Assembly: GCA_039545335.1 (NCBI GenBank)
Contig: BCIN01000003.1
Span: forward strand, 1,437,941 to 1,501,940
From: Kondoa subrosea
Lineage: Eukaryota
DNA length: 64,000 nt
Direction of reading: 5' to 3'
Part shown: piece by piece, positions 27,313 through 43,096 of the stretch
How positions within the stretch are numbered: position 1 is the first letter of the stretch
How the letters are laid out: every line of letters begins with the position of its first letter
The notes under the pieces: generated by a model
Databases searched by the model: none
Told to the model about the DNA's origin: nothing
What the model saw: only the letters and a program-made list of their open reading frames with translations
Position numbers and translations under genes: made by a program

Positions 27313-29479
27313 ATGACAAACGCTGTCCGCGAAGCTCGACGCATCCTTTCTCTGGCAGAAGACAATGCTTCTCCTGTCCCACAAGCGATCCTGGCACAGG
27401 TAACACGAGCGCTGCAATTACATCCAGAAGAGGACAATTATGTCCTAGAACCAAGCTTAGATGGCTATGGCTGTATTGTATGCGTGTAAGTTATACTAAC
27501 ACGGCTTCAATTTCATTGACATCAGATCTCAGAGACTGCAACGTAAAAATTGGACTATCTCCTGATGCGACTGCTCTTTATGGTGGACGCATAAACGGAG
27601 TTGGTTCTTTCGAAGAATTTTGGCTTCATTGCGGAAAGCAATATCACATCGACAATCGGAATCGACGGAAGAATACAGATTATCCACTTGATACCTCTCT
27701 TCGACCTGCTGTTCTTGATCTACCTCGTCTACAAGCCAACTTACTCAATGCTTCTGCACGTTTGCCGGTTCCATCTACATCTCCAAGTGTTGATCTAGAT
27801 GTCAGTGTTTGGTATCCGAGCTTCGTCATGCGCTGAAACTAAGGCCAGGGATATGTGATCGAGGGTGTAGGCTTGGAGAGCCTGTTGAATGCAATAGAAG
27901 AGTTGCCAGGTGAAAAATGGGTGATATACAATTTGTCAGTGGACAGGCCGAGCTCTTCCGACGCGCACGTCCATTCTTTCGTAGGGTATAAAAAAATGCT
28001 GACGAGATTGATATCTAGATTCGGTATACACAATCGAAACTATGTCAATCGAAACCGATCACAAACCCGCAAGACAATCAAACGTCTGCTAAACATCAGC
28101 AACACATCGGGAGCATTAATTGTCCGTACTTATGTCGATGCGGATTCTAGAACCGATAGTGCGGGTCAACGAATCTTACATTACCTGCGAGACATTGGCT
28201 GTAAGCAAACTGATCGTCCCGTGGATGGCGAGAGCGGTCATCGCCTACGTACCTTACGAATGTATCATATCGAACAGAATGGTATATGGCGCAGGTTGTC
28301 TCCTTTGGAAACTCGTTTCATTGTCAATGCGGAACTGGACGAAGGTTCGGTCAGTACCGTTTTACGACAAGAAGAGCCGGCATCCATCTACCTGGGGAGA
28401 TACTCAAAGGAGCCAGACATTTGGTTCTGGGAGCCGCATTCAGCGAAATATCAGCAACAGCTGGCTGCTTTACTGAAGTTTCACTCGTCAGTGTTCTTCA
28501 TGACAGAGTCGGGAAAACGACTGACGATACAATAGGCGAAACAAAGCTCTCTTCCCTTCTCTTTTTCGATTTCGAAATGGATCTATCGATTGGCGATCAA
28601 CTGGATGCGGTCGAATTTGTTGCCACGAAACTCAATACCCAAATGTGGAATTGGTCTTCAGATCGCTTGGTCGACCAGATAGCTGGAATGGGCCTTCGGA
28701 ACCCAAGAGGAAGGACGTCTCCTTGATTCGGTATCGAGGTCTTCTGACTTTCTTTCAAGAAGAAATCTTCCCTTATCGCTTGAGAACTCGGATCACCGTC
28801 TCTAATGTCTGCGTTGATCCTATCGCAATTGAAATGGACGGAAGTGTTTTCGTAACCGATAAATGCAAAGATGCTTTTAAGCTACTCGTTGATCTAATGG
28901 TGCTTGCGGAAGAAGAAAGCGGTGAGCAGGAAGAAGAATCAATGGCCTTTGGTATGACTGTGCGAAGGTTCTCTGAAGAACGGGAACCACTTTCTGGGCG
29001 ATGTATTCAATATGTGAAGCATTTTGTTATGGGAACTCTTGGAGATTATTGGCAATATTCTGCTGAATTGCTGCGGTAAGCTATCCAAAAAAAAATTGCA
29101 AGAAAACGAAGCTCACTTCCGGATTAGGTGGAATCAGAACAGCGGAATCATCGATATAGAAAATCTCCCGCTTCCCAGCACTAGAATCGACGATGCCCTT
29201 CTTTGGCCAAAGCTGTATCAAGAGCCCGGTATGTTTGCAGGCACTCGTTCTCAGAATATGCTCATAATACAACCAGCTGTAATCTATGAAGGACGCAATG
29301 GAGGGCAGATCAGGTGGACAGACAGATACATTCATCCACCCGAGCTGCAAACGGAATTCGGTCTTGATGGGCTCTTCTATTCTGTCGGCGAGCTGGAGGA
29401 ACTTCTGGAGGAAAAGGCAGCAGTACAAGCTGACGACTCTTACGTACTGGCTGATGTGTCGACATATTACCCAGGGTGA
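27313..29479 (+). CDS. Hypothetical protein of roughly 650 aa with an N-terminal CxxC...H...H putative zinc finger
   Basis: Overlapping ORFs in different frames join into one frame through four introns (~27488-27531, 27801-27848, 28487-28535, 29077-29128). The N-terminus contains IVCVDCNVKI...FEEFWLHCGKQYH. Confidence 0.6.
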
Positions 29480-29635
29480 TCGGTTTATGTATCGCAGCAA
29501 ATTCAGCATGTACACTATGTGTGTGGTACCTAATATGCCAAACTTGTAATCCTTGAATATTGCATTTGATTGATCGACTGAGTGCAATCAACTCATTAAA
29601 GGTTGCAACTTGCAACCGCTAAAGTAATTTCAAGA

Positions 29636-30684
29636 ATGTCTAGCTCCGAGCGTGCGCAGAAAGACACTCTCGTAGTCTTCGACTTTGACTGGTCCGCGTC
29701 CCCTGCTTGAGGATTCAGCGCGTCTCAAACATTTCTTTATTTTTCAGGTCATTAGCGGGTGAGTGCATCTCATGCGGCACAGTACTGTCTCTAATATCAT
29801 ACAATAGATCAAGATACCGACAGATGGATCTTTGAAGTTCTCAAACCTCAATACCGTAAAGAAATCAAGCAACTCAAAAATGATGAACAATGGACAGATC
29901 TTTGGTTTGCACTATATATGGTGTTCCTGTGGTTTTTCTGATGGTAGTACAGTGCTCGATATCTTGTCAAACTGTATGAAGATGGTTTCACAAAGCAGCA
30001 AATAGAGGAAGCCATGCGGAAGATGCCTTTCGTGAGTTTATCATGAGCAGAAATGGTGCTTCGTAACATCTGTCCAGCATCCTGCGACTATTCGCGCCAT
30101 CACCACCTTCAAGAAAACTCATCCTTCCCGTTTCCTCATCCTCTCAAACTCGAATAATGTTTACATTGATCTGATTCTCAAGGAGCATGGGCTCGAAAAC
30201 TTCTTCGAAGACATCATCACCAATCCTGCTCAGTTCTTGCCTAATGGATGTCTTGAATTGAAGAGGAGAGTGCCTGCAGATGGTCCAAAACAGCATGATT
30301 GCCAGATTGGATGCAGTCCAAACATGTGCAAAGGTTGACGAAGAGTCTCTAATGTTGTACTTCGCCTGATTTCTGTGCCAGGTGAGGAATTAATGACATA
30401 TGTAGACAAGAATGGTGGATTCGATGCCCTTCGAAAAGTCATCTACATCGGAGAGTGAGCATATTCTACTCAATCTCTTACAATGCTAAATTATCGATAG
30501 CGGCGGCAATGACTTTTGTCCGCTCCTGCGCTTGCGGGCGTCAGACACCGCTTTCGTGCGGAATTACAGAGGCTTGGAAAAGAGGATAGACAAAGAAGGA
30601 TCATCCAGAGGATTAAAATGCGAGATCAAGAAATGGGCTGGAGCTTGGGAGATGGAACAGCTCTTCTTAGAAGAACAGGCATAG
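29636..30684 (+). CDS. HAD-family phosphatase, PHOSPHO1/2 (pyridoxal-phosphate phosphatase)-like
   Basis: LVVFDFDWSLADQDTDRW, ILSNSN.VYI, IITNPA, GCSPNMCKG, VIYIGDGGNDFCP. Confidence 0.92.
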
Positions 30685-30860
30685 AATTGCGCATAGATGC
30701 TTCCAATTAGATTATTTTTCAGCAAGTCTACTATTTTGCCGGAATTCATGTCCTTGGCTCTGGCGCAGGAGCTTCTGTCCCTTGAGGTGCTGTCAGTTTG
30801 CCAACTCTGTAAGACCCCACCTCGCGTCAGCGCAAAGAGCTTGCTGATCAAGATTTGAGC

Positions 30861-33339
<2,479 letters not shown>

Positions 33340-33543
33340 GCAACAGTTCGAGAGAAGCAGTGAGACTGTGAGCCTGAAGTTTTGGCAGTGATATGAATGA
33401 ACGTCTCAATTAAGATTACAAGTATATCGCTAGGACTATTCACACTGTACACATATACTAATACAGCTCTAAAGCAAAAATGGCATCTTCACTTTGTTTG
33501 ATTCCGTAGCCTTATCTGCATTCTAAGTCTTGCAGCGGACCGA

Positions 33544-35918
33544 CTACACAACTGCATCGCCTTGATCACGTCCAGGTTGAACACTCTCGTCATGCTCTGG
33601 ATCATTGACTCGAGTAGCTGACGATCCTTGAGTTTGAGTTTGAGTCATTGACAGACTCTTCTTACTTTGACTCTTTTGACCTGTCAATTATCCTGGATAT
33701 TAGCGATCAAATGTTTTACATAGAAACATCCAACGCACCACTTCCTAATGGTCTGGATAGAGGATCTTTACTTCCTCTCATCCTACTATCCTCACGAACA
33801 ATCTGTTTCGAAGCATGATACCAAGCTCGAGGAGTATGTTTGATGACTGGTAATGTCAGACCGTGTCCAACGACCGAGCAGAGGATGATAAAGTAGACGA
33901 TTGGGTTGACTAGTCTTCGAACGTTTTCCCTTTCTTCCGGTAGTTCTCGCAAGGCGACTTGAGAGTAGTATACAGCTCCGACACCTAAAAATATCAAATG
34001 AGCCCGGATCAATGATCCTGACTGCGGAATGCTCACCAATAGGTCCAAACCATCCGGTGAATACAGCTTCGGCAAAATTCTCAATAGCAGGATTGAATTT
34101 GTATGTCGCAACGACCCAAGGTAATCTTCGGAAAAGCATAACCAGAATTCCGATACCGAACAGTCGACCGATGGTGATATCGTCCGCTGCGTTTTTGAAT
34201 TCGGACCACGGAATCAATGTGCCGATCAAGATGAAGACGGCTATGATAGACATTTATAAGCATGAAGGACCATCGGCAGCGTGTGCCATTACTCACCGGA
34301 GTTGATTAGAATATCAATGACATCTTGGAATCTGTTCTCTGTCATCAAGATATTGAACTTAAGAATGCCGAGGCAACATACGAATGATCTTCAGTTTCTT
34401 TGCGGAACCAATCTGAATAAATCAGTGAGCAGGGATATCTACATACGGTCTGGCGTAGACTTACCATCCCAAGTGAAAGAATTGCCGACAACGAAGGCAC
34501 ATAGCAAGTCATCGCTTCCTAGCACGCCTACAACCGCCAAACTGAAGAATGTCAAACCGACACCGTAACCCAAGCTGTAATGAAAGCACCGATCAATCTC
34601 AATTGGCTTTAAAGATTTTCGTTAAGAGCCTACAAATTCTCGTGATCGATCCATTTCCTCTTCTCGGCGAACTTAAGTGTTTTCCTAGCCAAATAGCCGA
34701 TGGCGATTCCCATGGCCTGCAAATACAGGTACTGATCAGACGCACGCCATTCCTGAGTTCTCTCTTTGGCTTACAACGGATAAAGCGATGTCGTAGATCC
34801 AGATATGGACTACCCATCTTTGCAAGCCGGAAGCAAGACTTTGATTCTTGGTGTGCACATGTACGAGATATAAAGCCTGCCAAGTATAAATCAGGCGTCA
34901 TACTGAAAGTTGGCTATAGGCCGGCCTACCAGATATATAAAAGGGAATCTGACATATGCCGCATGAGCCATATTTACATTGTTTGGGCATAGACGCACCC
35001 CAAACCATCGTTGGCTCCTGATTCTGCGGCGATCAGATCACGAAGATGTTTGCGAACATGCTCTTCCGCGAATCTTCCTTTGACGATCGACGCAGCGAGT
35101 ACCGGATCAGTTGGCGTAATGCAAGCTGCGATAACCAAAGATTCCGCATACGTCAAGCTAGGCACTAAGCCATAGATGATCACGCCTCCTATGAGCCACT
35201 GCACATAGCAGTCAGCGAGACTGCGCAATACATATTGTAAGACATTCTTACCATTGCAGTCATTACTGGACCTAAAAGTACCGCGACTGATCTCCATGCT
35301 TTCTTGAAGTATGCCTTCGGCAAAGATATACCAGTAAACAAGACTTGAATACCCAGGACAATCTGTACTATTGATGAGTTCGCACTATGCTAGCACACTT
35401 TGCAAGAGCCTACTCTCATGATTTCCTTGGAAAAGGTACAGATCAATTTGTGAATCGAAGTAATTCTAGATGAGACCTACATATATAATTGTTCCTTGGG
35501 TCCCATGCTCTTGTGGTCCGGCCCATTGTTCGATATTAACCCCTTCACAACTCCGGTATCAATTTCGGAAAACATCACCCTGACTCGAGACTAACAATTC
35601 GCTCCTATTGGTCCAAAGGCAATTCCAACAGAAGTTGCGATGAGAGCGTCGGAGATGAACGCTCGATCTTTTATAATATAGGAAAACAGGCCAATGACCT
35701 GGGATAATTCGATATTGGGCAGATGCCAAATCTGAGTGGATTTCATCTCACCACAATGTAGAATCCTAATACACCCAGTACTCGAGTTGGTGCAGAAGCG
35801 TCCAGGTGATACCTTTTGCGCCCAGTGCAAATTTCAGATATCGTAAGCAATCGACAAGTTCTACCATTCCTCACCATCCATCAAGTGTTGGCTCGGGTTC
35901 TTGTAGCCATGTGTCCAT
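33544..35918 (-). CDS. NHA1: Plasma-membrane Na+(K+)/H+ antiporter, CPA1 (Nha1/Sod2-like)
   Basis: GIAFGP, IAACITPTDPVLA, AESGANDGLG, LGSDDLLCAFVVGN, FRRLP, FTGWFGPIGVGA, SVVGHG; many hydrophobic segments. Confidence 0.9.
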
Positions 35919-36501
35919 ATTAAGGCTATAATAGGCTTGCTAGTGGAGGAAGCGTGCGATGCCAGCTGAATCAAGCTCGTCCAAGTTGGAAATAGAAAAC
36001 GGTTCCCGATAGTAGCTGAGCGGAAAGAGATACAAGAGTTGGCTTTTGCAGCTTCAAGGGCATATAGGCAGATGAGCCAGTGTGGTATCTGTCGCCAATC
36101 AGGACACTTGGTGAAAGCAAAAAGACCCCGGTGTTCAAAAAATCCGGGTTTTAAGCAATGACGATGCTATTGAAGCAGTGCACAGGCGTGTGTTGCTTGA
36201 AGTAAAGCGTTGATCAAAATGTGTTGCTGCCGTCCACACTCAACAGTGCATCGAAGTTTCGCTTGTAATCCATGCGAGCACTCTGTCTTGCTCTACGCTC
36301 TCTCTACGCTCTCTCCTGCTTCTGACCCTGTTCATCTTAGACTCGCAAGAGTCTTTTATCAGCCTCGCTCGCGGGACAACGGCCTGCTCTTGGCTCCTCG
36401 CCTTCGAAGTTCGGCGAAACGGCCTGAGGTTGCCTTCTATTTGTTCTGTATCGCTTTGCTTTCGTTCTGTTCTGCTTTGCTATCGCTCGTCTTTTGCCAA
36501 C

Positions 36502-37750
36502 ATGTCTGTGACTTACATTGATGATAGCGATGCGCAGCTACACTACTTCTCAGCAGTATGTACTTGATTCAACCGAACAATGCTCTTACTCACATCTTCA
36601 AGCAGACTCTTAACAGTTGGAATGTGAAGACAAATTCAGAAGAGTGGAACAATGGAACAGCTCACATCAGTACCGTCCCTGGCGATTCTGTTGACTTTAC
36701 AATCAGCTGTGACCGCGCTTTTCCCAATATACATCCTACTCCTCACTGCCAATTTCAGATCGTAGGCAAGTTCGGTCCTTCAGTTGAGCCCGAGATTCGG
36801 CTGTACAAAGACGATATGAATCTCGAAAAGAGTAACTTCTGGCTTGAAGATTCTCAATTGACAGGCAGAGCGTGGCAGTCTTGTTAGTCACCGCATTTGA
36901 GACTTCTCACCACTCTGACTGTCAGCAGATCCAAAAACTATCTACGCAAGTTCAATCTTGGCACCTTCTCGCTGGTCTTCCGACGGAAAACATCATCTGA
37001 GCGGCAACCATTCTATTACCGTAGTCAATGCGAATGCGAGGGATTATCACTGGGTTCAGAGCAATTCGGAGCATGCAGAACAATTCGTACGTCAGCAGAA
37101 ACAATAAGCTTGCTTCCACTTACACAAGCGTAGGCGATCGATTATATTCGGGTCGAAGTTGCTCTAGCACCTCAACTATATCATTCGGATTACCACAAGA
37201 AGCATCACGCTGGCGCTATTGCTGGCGGAGGTGAGTAGCTTGAGCTGTTTCTCGAGATCAACACTGATTATCTAAGTTGACAGTCATTGGAGGAATTGCT
37301 GGGCTAGCCATTCTACTATCTGCTATCATCATCTGGTGGAAACGTCGCTATTCAAGACGGACATTCTTGTATTTGTCTGAAGGTGGATCAGGCGATCAGA
37401 TCAACGAGATACAAGAGATAGCGAGCGATTGGTCATCACCTTCGACTGCTAGTCCTCAAGTACCCTTCTTTTCGCCTCAGTCACCAAACGACGATACAGC
37501 CGCTTCACTGCCGCCGAATGAAATCAGCAAGCAAATCACCGTTACCATTCCAGCTTTGCAACCACCTCCCGCTGTTGCTCCCTCTTCAAATTCTATGTCT
37601 CAGACATGGAACTCAACCACAACTAGCGATTTGGCTTCTCTTCTAGGCCAGCGAGCCTCGACACTTGTGCCCACGGAACATCTTCCAGCTTACTCTCGAA
37701 TCCCCGCTAAAGGTGTCATGCATTCAACTCCAAGCGAACAGATTCTATAG
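36502..37750 (+). CDS. Single-pass membrane protein (basidiomycete 'IDD.D...Y' ectodomain, Mid2-like TM segment, S/P-rich cytoplasmic tail)
   Basis: MSVTYIDDSDAQLHY start; W..GTAH; TM segment GAIAGGVIGGIAGLAILLSAIIIWWKRR; tail with LPAY. Confidence 0.7.
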
Positions 37751-37977
37751 GTACAAGGGACGGAATGGACTTTTATTTTCGCTCACGGACAATCTGTATA
37801 TACAGTCGAGTGAATTACTTGTGTGGTCGATCGTTTGAAAGATATCCTAGTTGATTCAGGACGCGCTGCATAGTCATCTGAACATGCAAACGATGCATAT
37901 GAACACGATCTATTGCTTCTATTCTCGTCCTTTCTTCGCAGAAATCGTAGTGTTACTAAGTCTTACTTGCTCTCTCA

Positions 37978-40495
37978 TCATCTCATCCCATTCTCCCTAT
38001 ATTGCTGATTGCTCCAACCTTGCGGTATGGGTGCTTGGCCTTGCGGAACGTACTGCTGTGGAGGATGTTGGAACTGCTCATTCCCATTCCCATACTGCTG
38101 CTGATTATAGGGTTGTTGATATTGTTGCTGCTGATGCTGATAAGAATACTGAGCAGGGGTAGGAGGTGGTCGATAACTATCTGGAACAGGTAAAGGTCGA
38201 GCTGGAGGAGGACCTTGATCGATCATGTATTGACTATCGGGTTGATAGTTGTATGGTTGGTAGGTGTGTTGATTTGATTGAGCGTATGCTGGGTTAGCGG
38301 ATTGATAATGGGGTTGAGGAGATCGAGGAGGTATTGGCGGTTGATTGCTATAACTCGGATCTTGATATTCTGGATGCGGTGAAAATGATCCCTGCGGAGC
38401 TATTTGCTGAGGTTGGTAATATTGCGAGGGCGGAGCAGGAGAGTGTCGTCCGTTATAAGGTTGAGGTGCACCAGGAGCCAAGAAACTTTGCGACTGATAG
38501 CCAAATTGTTGCTGAGGTTGAGCAAAATGATCATTCACTGGTGTTCGAGGTGGAAGTGGTGGGCCTTGATCATATTGAGCTGGAGATCTAGCCGGTAAGT
38601 ATGGCTGTTGATGTTGTTGTTGTTGTTGAGGTAAAGCACCAGGATAGCTGTTTGCGTGATGCATTTGCTCTGAACCATGATCTTGTTCCGGCGCAGGTAA
38701 AGGTCGAGCATAACTTTGCTGAGAGTAGTTCTGCGTAGGAAGATGATGAGATGGAGGTGGATAATACTCGCCTTGCGGCGCGGGAGTGGAATAGCCTGAG
38801 TGAGATTGGTAATTATTCGGGGGAGGGTAACTCTGATTCTGTAAGTAAGGATTCGGCTCATTCTGCAGATAAGGATTCGGCTCGTTCTGTAGATAAGGAT
38901 TCACTTCATGTTGCGGCGGTGCGGGAACATAGCCATGAGAATATTGTTGTTGAGGAGGAGGTGAAGGTTGCTGCCAATCGTTCGAGCTTTGCTGCGGATG
39001 ATGTGGTAAAGGAGTAGGCTGTCTGCTTGGTTGATTCTGTTGGACCGGCGCAGGCGGAGGTAATGGCTTGTTAATGCTCAGAGAAGAAAGAGGTCTTGCT
39101 AGAGCTGCCACAATCTCGTCGCGAGGATCAAGATGACTGTTAGGGTTGCCATACTGGTGTTCTATGGAGCTGAACCTTTGCGGCTGTACCAAGACGGCAA
39201 AGATGATAAGCTGACGATACAGCTAATCATGAACATCTTCGTACCGGATAGCTATCTCTCCTGTATGAATGGCTGTAACCCGTGCCAGAGTTCAACAACT
39301 CAGCAGGCGAATGATAGCCAAGGGACTCCTTTTGATTCGAAGAAACAGTCGAAGCAGATCCTCCATTTGGCAAGACACCCCATTCGGAAAGATTACCAAT
39401 CGACACGCTGTTCCTCATGCTGCTGTTTGCTGAGCTATGTGTCTTCAGACTTGAGGTGACAGAAGCATTCATTCCTGCTCGCGAAGGAGCTCGAAGAGAA
39501 GCTGGAATATCTGCTGGATCTAATCGAACGCTCAATGGTCGAGAAGAAGCAGATCTACCTGGTGGTGTAGCAGCTGGGCTCGAAGAAAGGCGTTGCCGAG
39601 AGGGAGTTAACGGTTCGAAATCACCTTGACGTCGACCTGTTTGCTGCTTGGCCTTGACAGGTGCCGGAGCCTGTCACATTTCCGGCTGAGATATAGAATC
39701 TGAGTTGGCAGTAGATTACTTACAGCCGAATAGAAAGTCATTTCGATATATACTTCGCCAGTATAGCGACCTTTATATTCTATCTTTATCCATTCTGTAT
39801 GCCCTTTGTGAACAAGGATATTCTTCGCTGAAGAAGTGGGACATACCGTCAAACTCGCCCTTCTTCAGGGTCTCAGCCAAATCTACGCTTCCCTCTCCAA
39901 TCAAATCCGGATCTCTAGGATCATCTGAGTAGACTGCGACTTTCATGATCTTTTTATTCGCATCCGGTCCTTGTTTGATGATTCTAGTATTCGATGACAC
40001 GCTTCCGTTTTCAACAGCTGGTTTCACACCTCCTGTAGCTGTGACTTCTGGTCTTGCTTCATCAGGTGCATCTTGCCAGACCTGTGCGAGGATACGGCTG
40101 TTTCAGAGATGACTACTCAAGTCAAGCCGCTCCTGCGCACCTCGAAACGCAGCTCATCATCCCATTCTGGAGCTTGACCACCTTTCTTGACAGTCTTTGT
40201 CCTCTTCTTGTCTGTGTTGATAGAAACGCTGCAGAAGGGATCTTGTTTGCCTGATGACCTATGTATTAGATCCACTACTCGCTCGCTATGGCAACATTCG
40301 CCCTACCTATTCTAACTTTGTTCACCAAGTTGCGCTTTCATTGGGAAGGTGTGAGCTAAGGAATAACGGGTGTATGGCACAGCTTAGACTTACAGCCTTG
40401 AATACGACTACGACAAGTGTCCCTAGCAGCTGCAACAGATACACATATGAGCTTGCGATGTTCCTCGCCTCGCGTATTGTGTGACGAACAGGCAT
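37978..40495 (-). CDS. C2-domain protein with long P/Q/Y-rich tail (Fic1/Inn1-like)
   Basis: LGTLVVVVFKARNLPN...GKQDPFC...RTKTVKKGGQAPEWDDELRF, DLIGEGSVDL, GRYTGEVYIEMTFYS, followed by a ~400-aa proline/glutamine-rich exon. Confidence 0.85.
38836..38907 (-). repeat. Three tandem 24-nt coding repeats (E(P/V)NPYLQN)
   Basis: On the + strand: attctgtaagtaaggattcggctc / attctgcagataaggattcggctc / gttctgtagataaggattcacttc. Confidence 0.85.
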
Positions 40496-40631
40496 ATTGA
40501 TCACAATCGACAAGGCATTCGCTCTACTCTCCTAGATCTGCTCTGGTATAAGCACACTCTTGCAAGCTGTGGGGATATGTCCTTGTCCTGCTTTCTCAAG
40601 GTATATCGCTGTTGCACTTCAACGTCCAAAA

Positions 40632-41155
40632 ATGCCTTCGAAGCCATCCAAACCTCCTCGTTCAGTCTCAATGGCTCCAACAAGCTCAGCAACATCAACA
40701 GAAAGCCAGTCAAACGTTCTGCAGCAAGCATGGACCTCTTACTTACAAAACACACCAGCGAAATTGAAGCTCATCGACTGTTTCATGACTTACCTTTGCT
40801 TAAGCGGTATCATGCTCTTTGGTTACTGTCTCCTCGTCTCTTCTTACCCATTCAATTCTTTCCTCGCTTCGTTTGTTTCCATTTCATTTCCCCCAGGTTT
40901 CGTTTCCGTAGCTGAGTATTAGATGACAGATTTGGTTGCACAGTTGGTCAATTTGTTTTGTTCGCCAATCTGAGAATACAAGTCAATAAAGAGAATCAAA
41001 GTACATTTGGTGGAATATCGCAGGAGAGGTGCGTTTGACTAAATCCCTTCACTCGTAATCGAGTAGGGTAATCGTCTATAACGTGCAGAGCATTCGCCGA
41101 TTTCTTATTTGGTTCGATAATACTACATTGCTTCGTTGCAAACTTCCTGGGATGA
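40632..41155 (+). CDS. OST2: Oligosaccharyltransferase subunit DAD1/Ost2
   Basis: TPAKLKLIDCF, SSYPFNSFLAS, VGQFVLFANLRIQVN, ISQERAFADFLFGSIILH..VANFLG*. Confidence 0.95.
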
Positions 41156-41949
41156 AGTGATGGATTGGGAATGAATCATGGAGTTTCAAGCGGAGCAAGT
41201 GGGTCGCAGATGGATGAGGGACTGCAGGGAAGGGATGAGGATCGGCGAAAGATAGTACAGAGGAGATTCCAGGAGAGATTGAAACATGCATAGAGCTTTG
41301 ATAGCAAATCTACAATGTACATACAAAATCATGCAAAGCAAACACTACATCTATAGCAATCTTCTCTTCTATCTTTACTTCTTTCTTTCGAACCATGTTG
41401 ATCTTCCTAGTATCTGCAAGACCACCTATTGTTAAGCTGAATACCACAGCGTACTCAAGTAGATGACTTGCTACTATCGCGAAATCCAAAACGTATTCAC
41501 CACTGACACGAATGATCAACTTCCATCCGTTACTGATGTAAGAGAGCTTACCATTCTAAATACGAGCTCAAGAATCCTCGAACATCTTTACTCAGTTTAT
41601 CAGATTTAGGTCTATTTGCTATAGCGTGAGCTTGAGCTTTATATAGGGAGCGGAAGAGAGAAGTACGTGATTCCACTACTTCGCCGTAGACCAGCTAAGA
41701 CGCATGATAGAAGTACGAGGTCGATAGAGTAGTGTACAATCTGCGCAACCGAAATAAGGGAAAGCGGAAAGAATCAAGCAAGACAAGACACTTTGCCTAG
41801 CATGGCTCTCTGGTGAGTTGAGAACGAGAGAATATAGCGAAGAGATGTGGCAGATGAGCGTTCTCAACAAGAACAGATGATTTTGGATTTGCAAACAGGT
41901 TGGAGAGCAACCATCGTGCAAACGTCAAGAAGTACCCTGGCAACTTGAC

Positions 41950-42800
41950 AAGCTCTGTGAAACACGGAAGTGGAATAGGAGGAAGCTACACATGCCCAAT
42001 CTTCACCGACGCTCGCCTGCTTGCATGCTTTTCAGCTTCTTCTCACTTTGGCCGAAAGTCGAGCCCTGGGCAGCGGCCCGTGAACTAAACTGCTTCAGAA
42101 CTATTCTGTTTTCCTCATCAGATCAGTCGCACGGTGTCGATCATTGTCGCCAGGTAATTTCAGGCGATCCGAACCTTTCCTCGAGCTCTCTGCTAAACGG
42201 ATCCGTGTCTCGCTCTGTGCCTCTAACCATGCCTGTTCATTGCCTTCTCAATGGCTCCATGGCTCAATGGACATCCTGCTGTCAATTTCAACAATTCTGT
42301 AAAAGAGACATCGGTCGAATAGCACTTTCTCAAAGTTCTGATCTGGGAAAGAGCACTCTCAACCAGGGATTTCGCCTGCATGTACAACTCGTCCCGTATA
42401 TTCTCGCGGAAAATGGATGCAGACAAGCCGAACTTGTCCAAATACTGCTCGAGATTGAGTCTTCTCTCATCTTCACCTTCACCATAAAGACCGAATGAAG
42501 ATCGGTGCAGCTGTTCCACCGTCTTGTATTCCAGAAAGCCATGTCACCAAAGGACTAGAAAGCTGGTTATACGACCTGCTGATTGGCTTCAGAGAAAGCC
42601 AAGGAAAAGAAAGATTTCCGGAGAGCAGCTGGAACTTGTGATATTCTGATTAGCGTCTGCCTAATTACTTTGGACGGATTGCTGTAGAGGAAGAGCTGTT
42701 CACTACTTGATCTCAGATTCTCCTTCGCGTTATCAGTAATATATGGTACAACTATATGATACAACTGACCACCCTCCTCCTCTCGCAAAGCTACTCTACT
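41950..42800 (-). pseudogene. Possible degenerate or unresolved gene fragments
   Basis: Protein-like minus-strand ORFs (42567-42788, 42223-42519) with intron-like GT..CTGA..AG segments, but I could not splice them into a stop-free frame. Confidence 0.25.
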
Positions 42801-43096
42801 TCAGGTCCTCAATCTTTGGGAAGGATTCTATCTTCTGAAAGACTCTGAAGCATTGCCTCTTGGCCCAATTTTGGAAAGTCAACCGTCTTTCTCTCGATTT
42901 TGGGCTGCTTTGCTTCCTCTGAACCACGAATTGTCTGTAATCAGATCGTATTGATTGCTGAAGTCGATCGAATAGCGCTGTACTTAGTTGATTCCCTTTG
43001 TCGCCCTAGAATGGTCTTTCGAATTCTCTCTCTTTTGCTCTTGTCCCTAACCATCCTTCATCGACCTAGACTCTTTTTATCTCGCTGAAACTTACC

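Noticed and set aside
27855..29479. Apparent programmed frameshifts or pseudogene (overlapping ORFs, A9 run near 29087)
   Set aside because: Ordinary GT-AG introns explain every frame change, and the A-run lies inside an intron.
36118..36153. Imperfect inverted repeat (accccgg...ccgggtt)
   Set aside because: Too short and imperfect to call a terminator, TIR or specific transcription-factor site.
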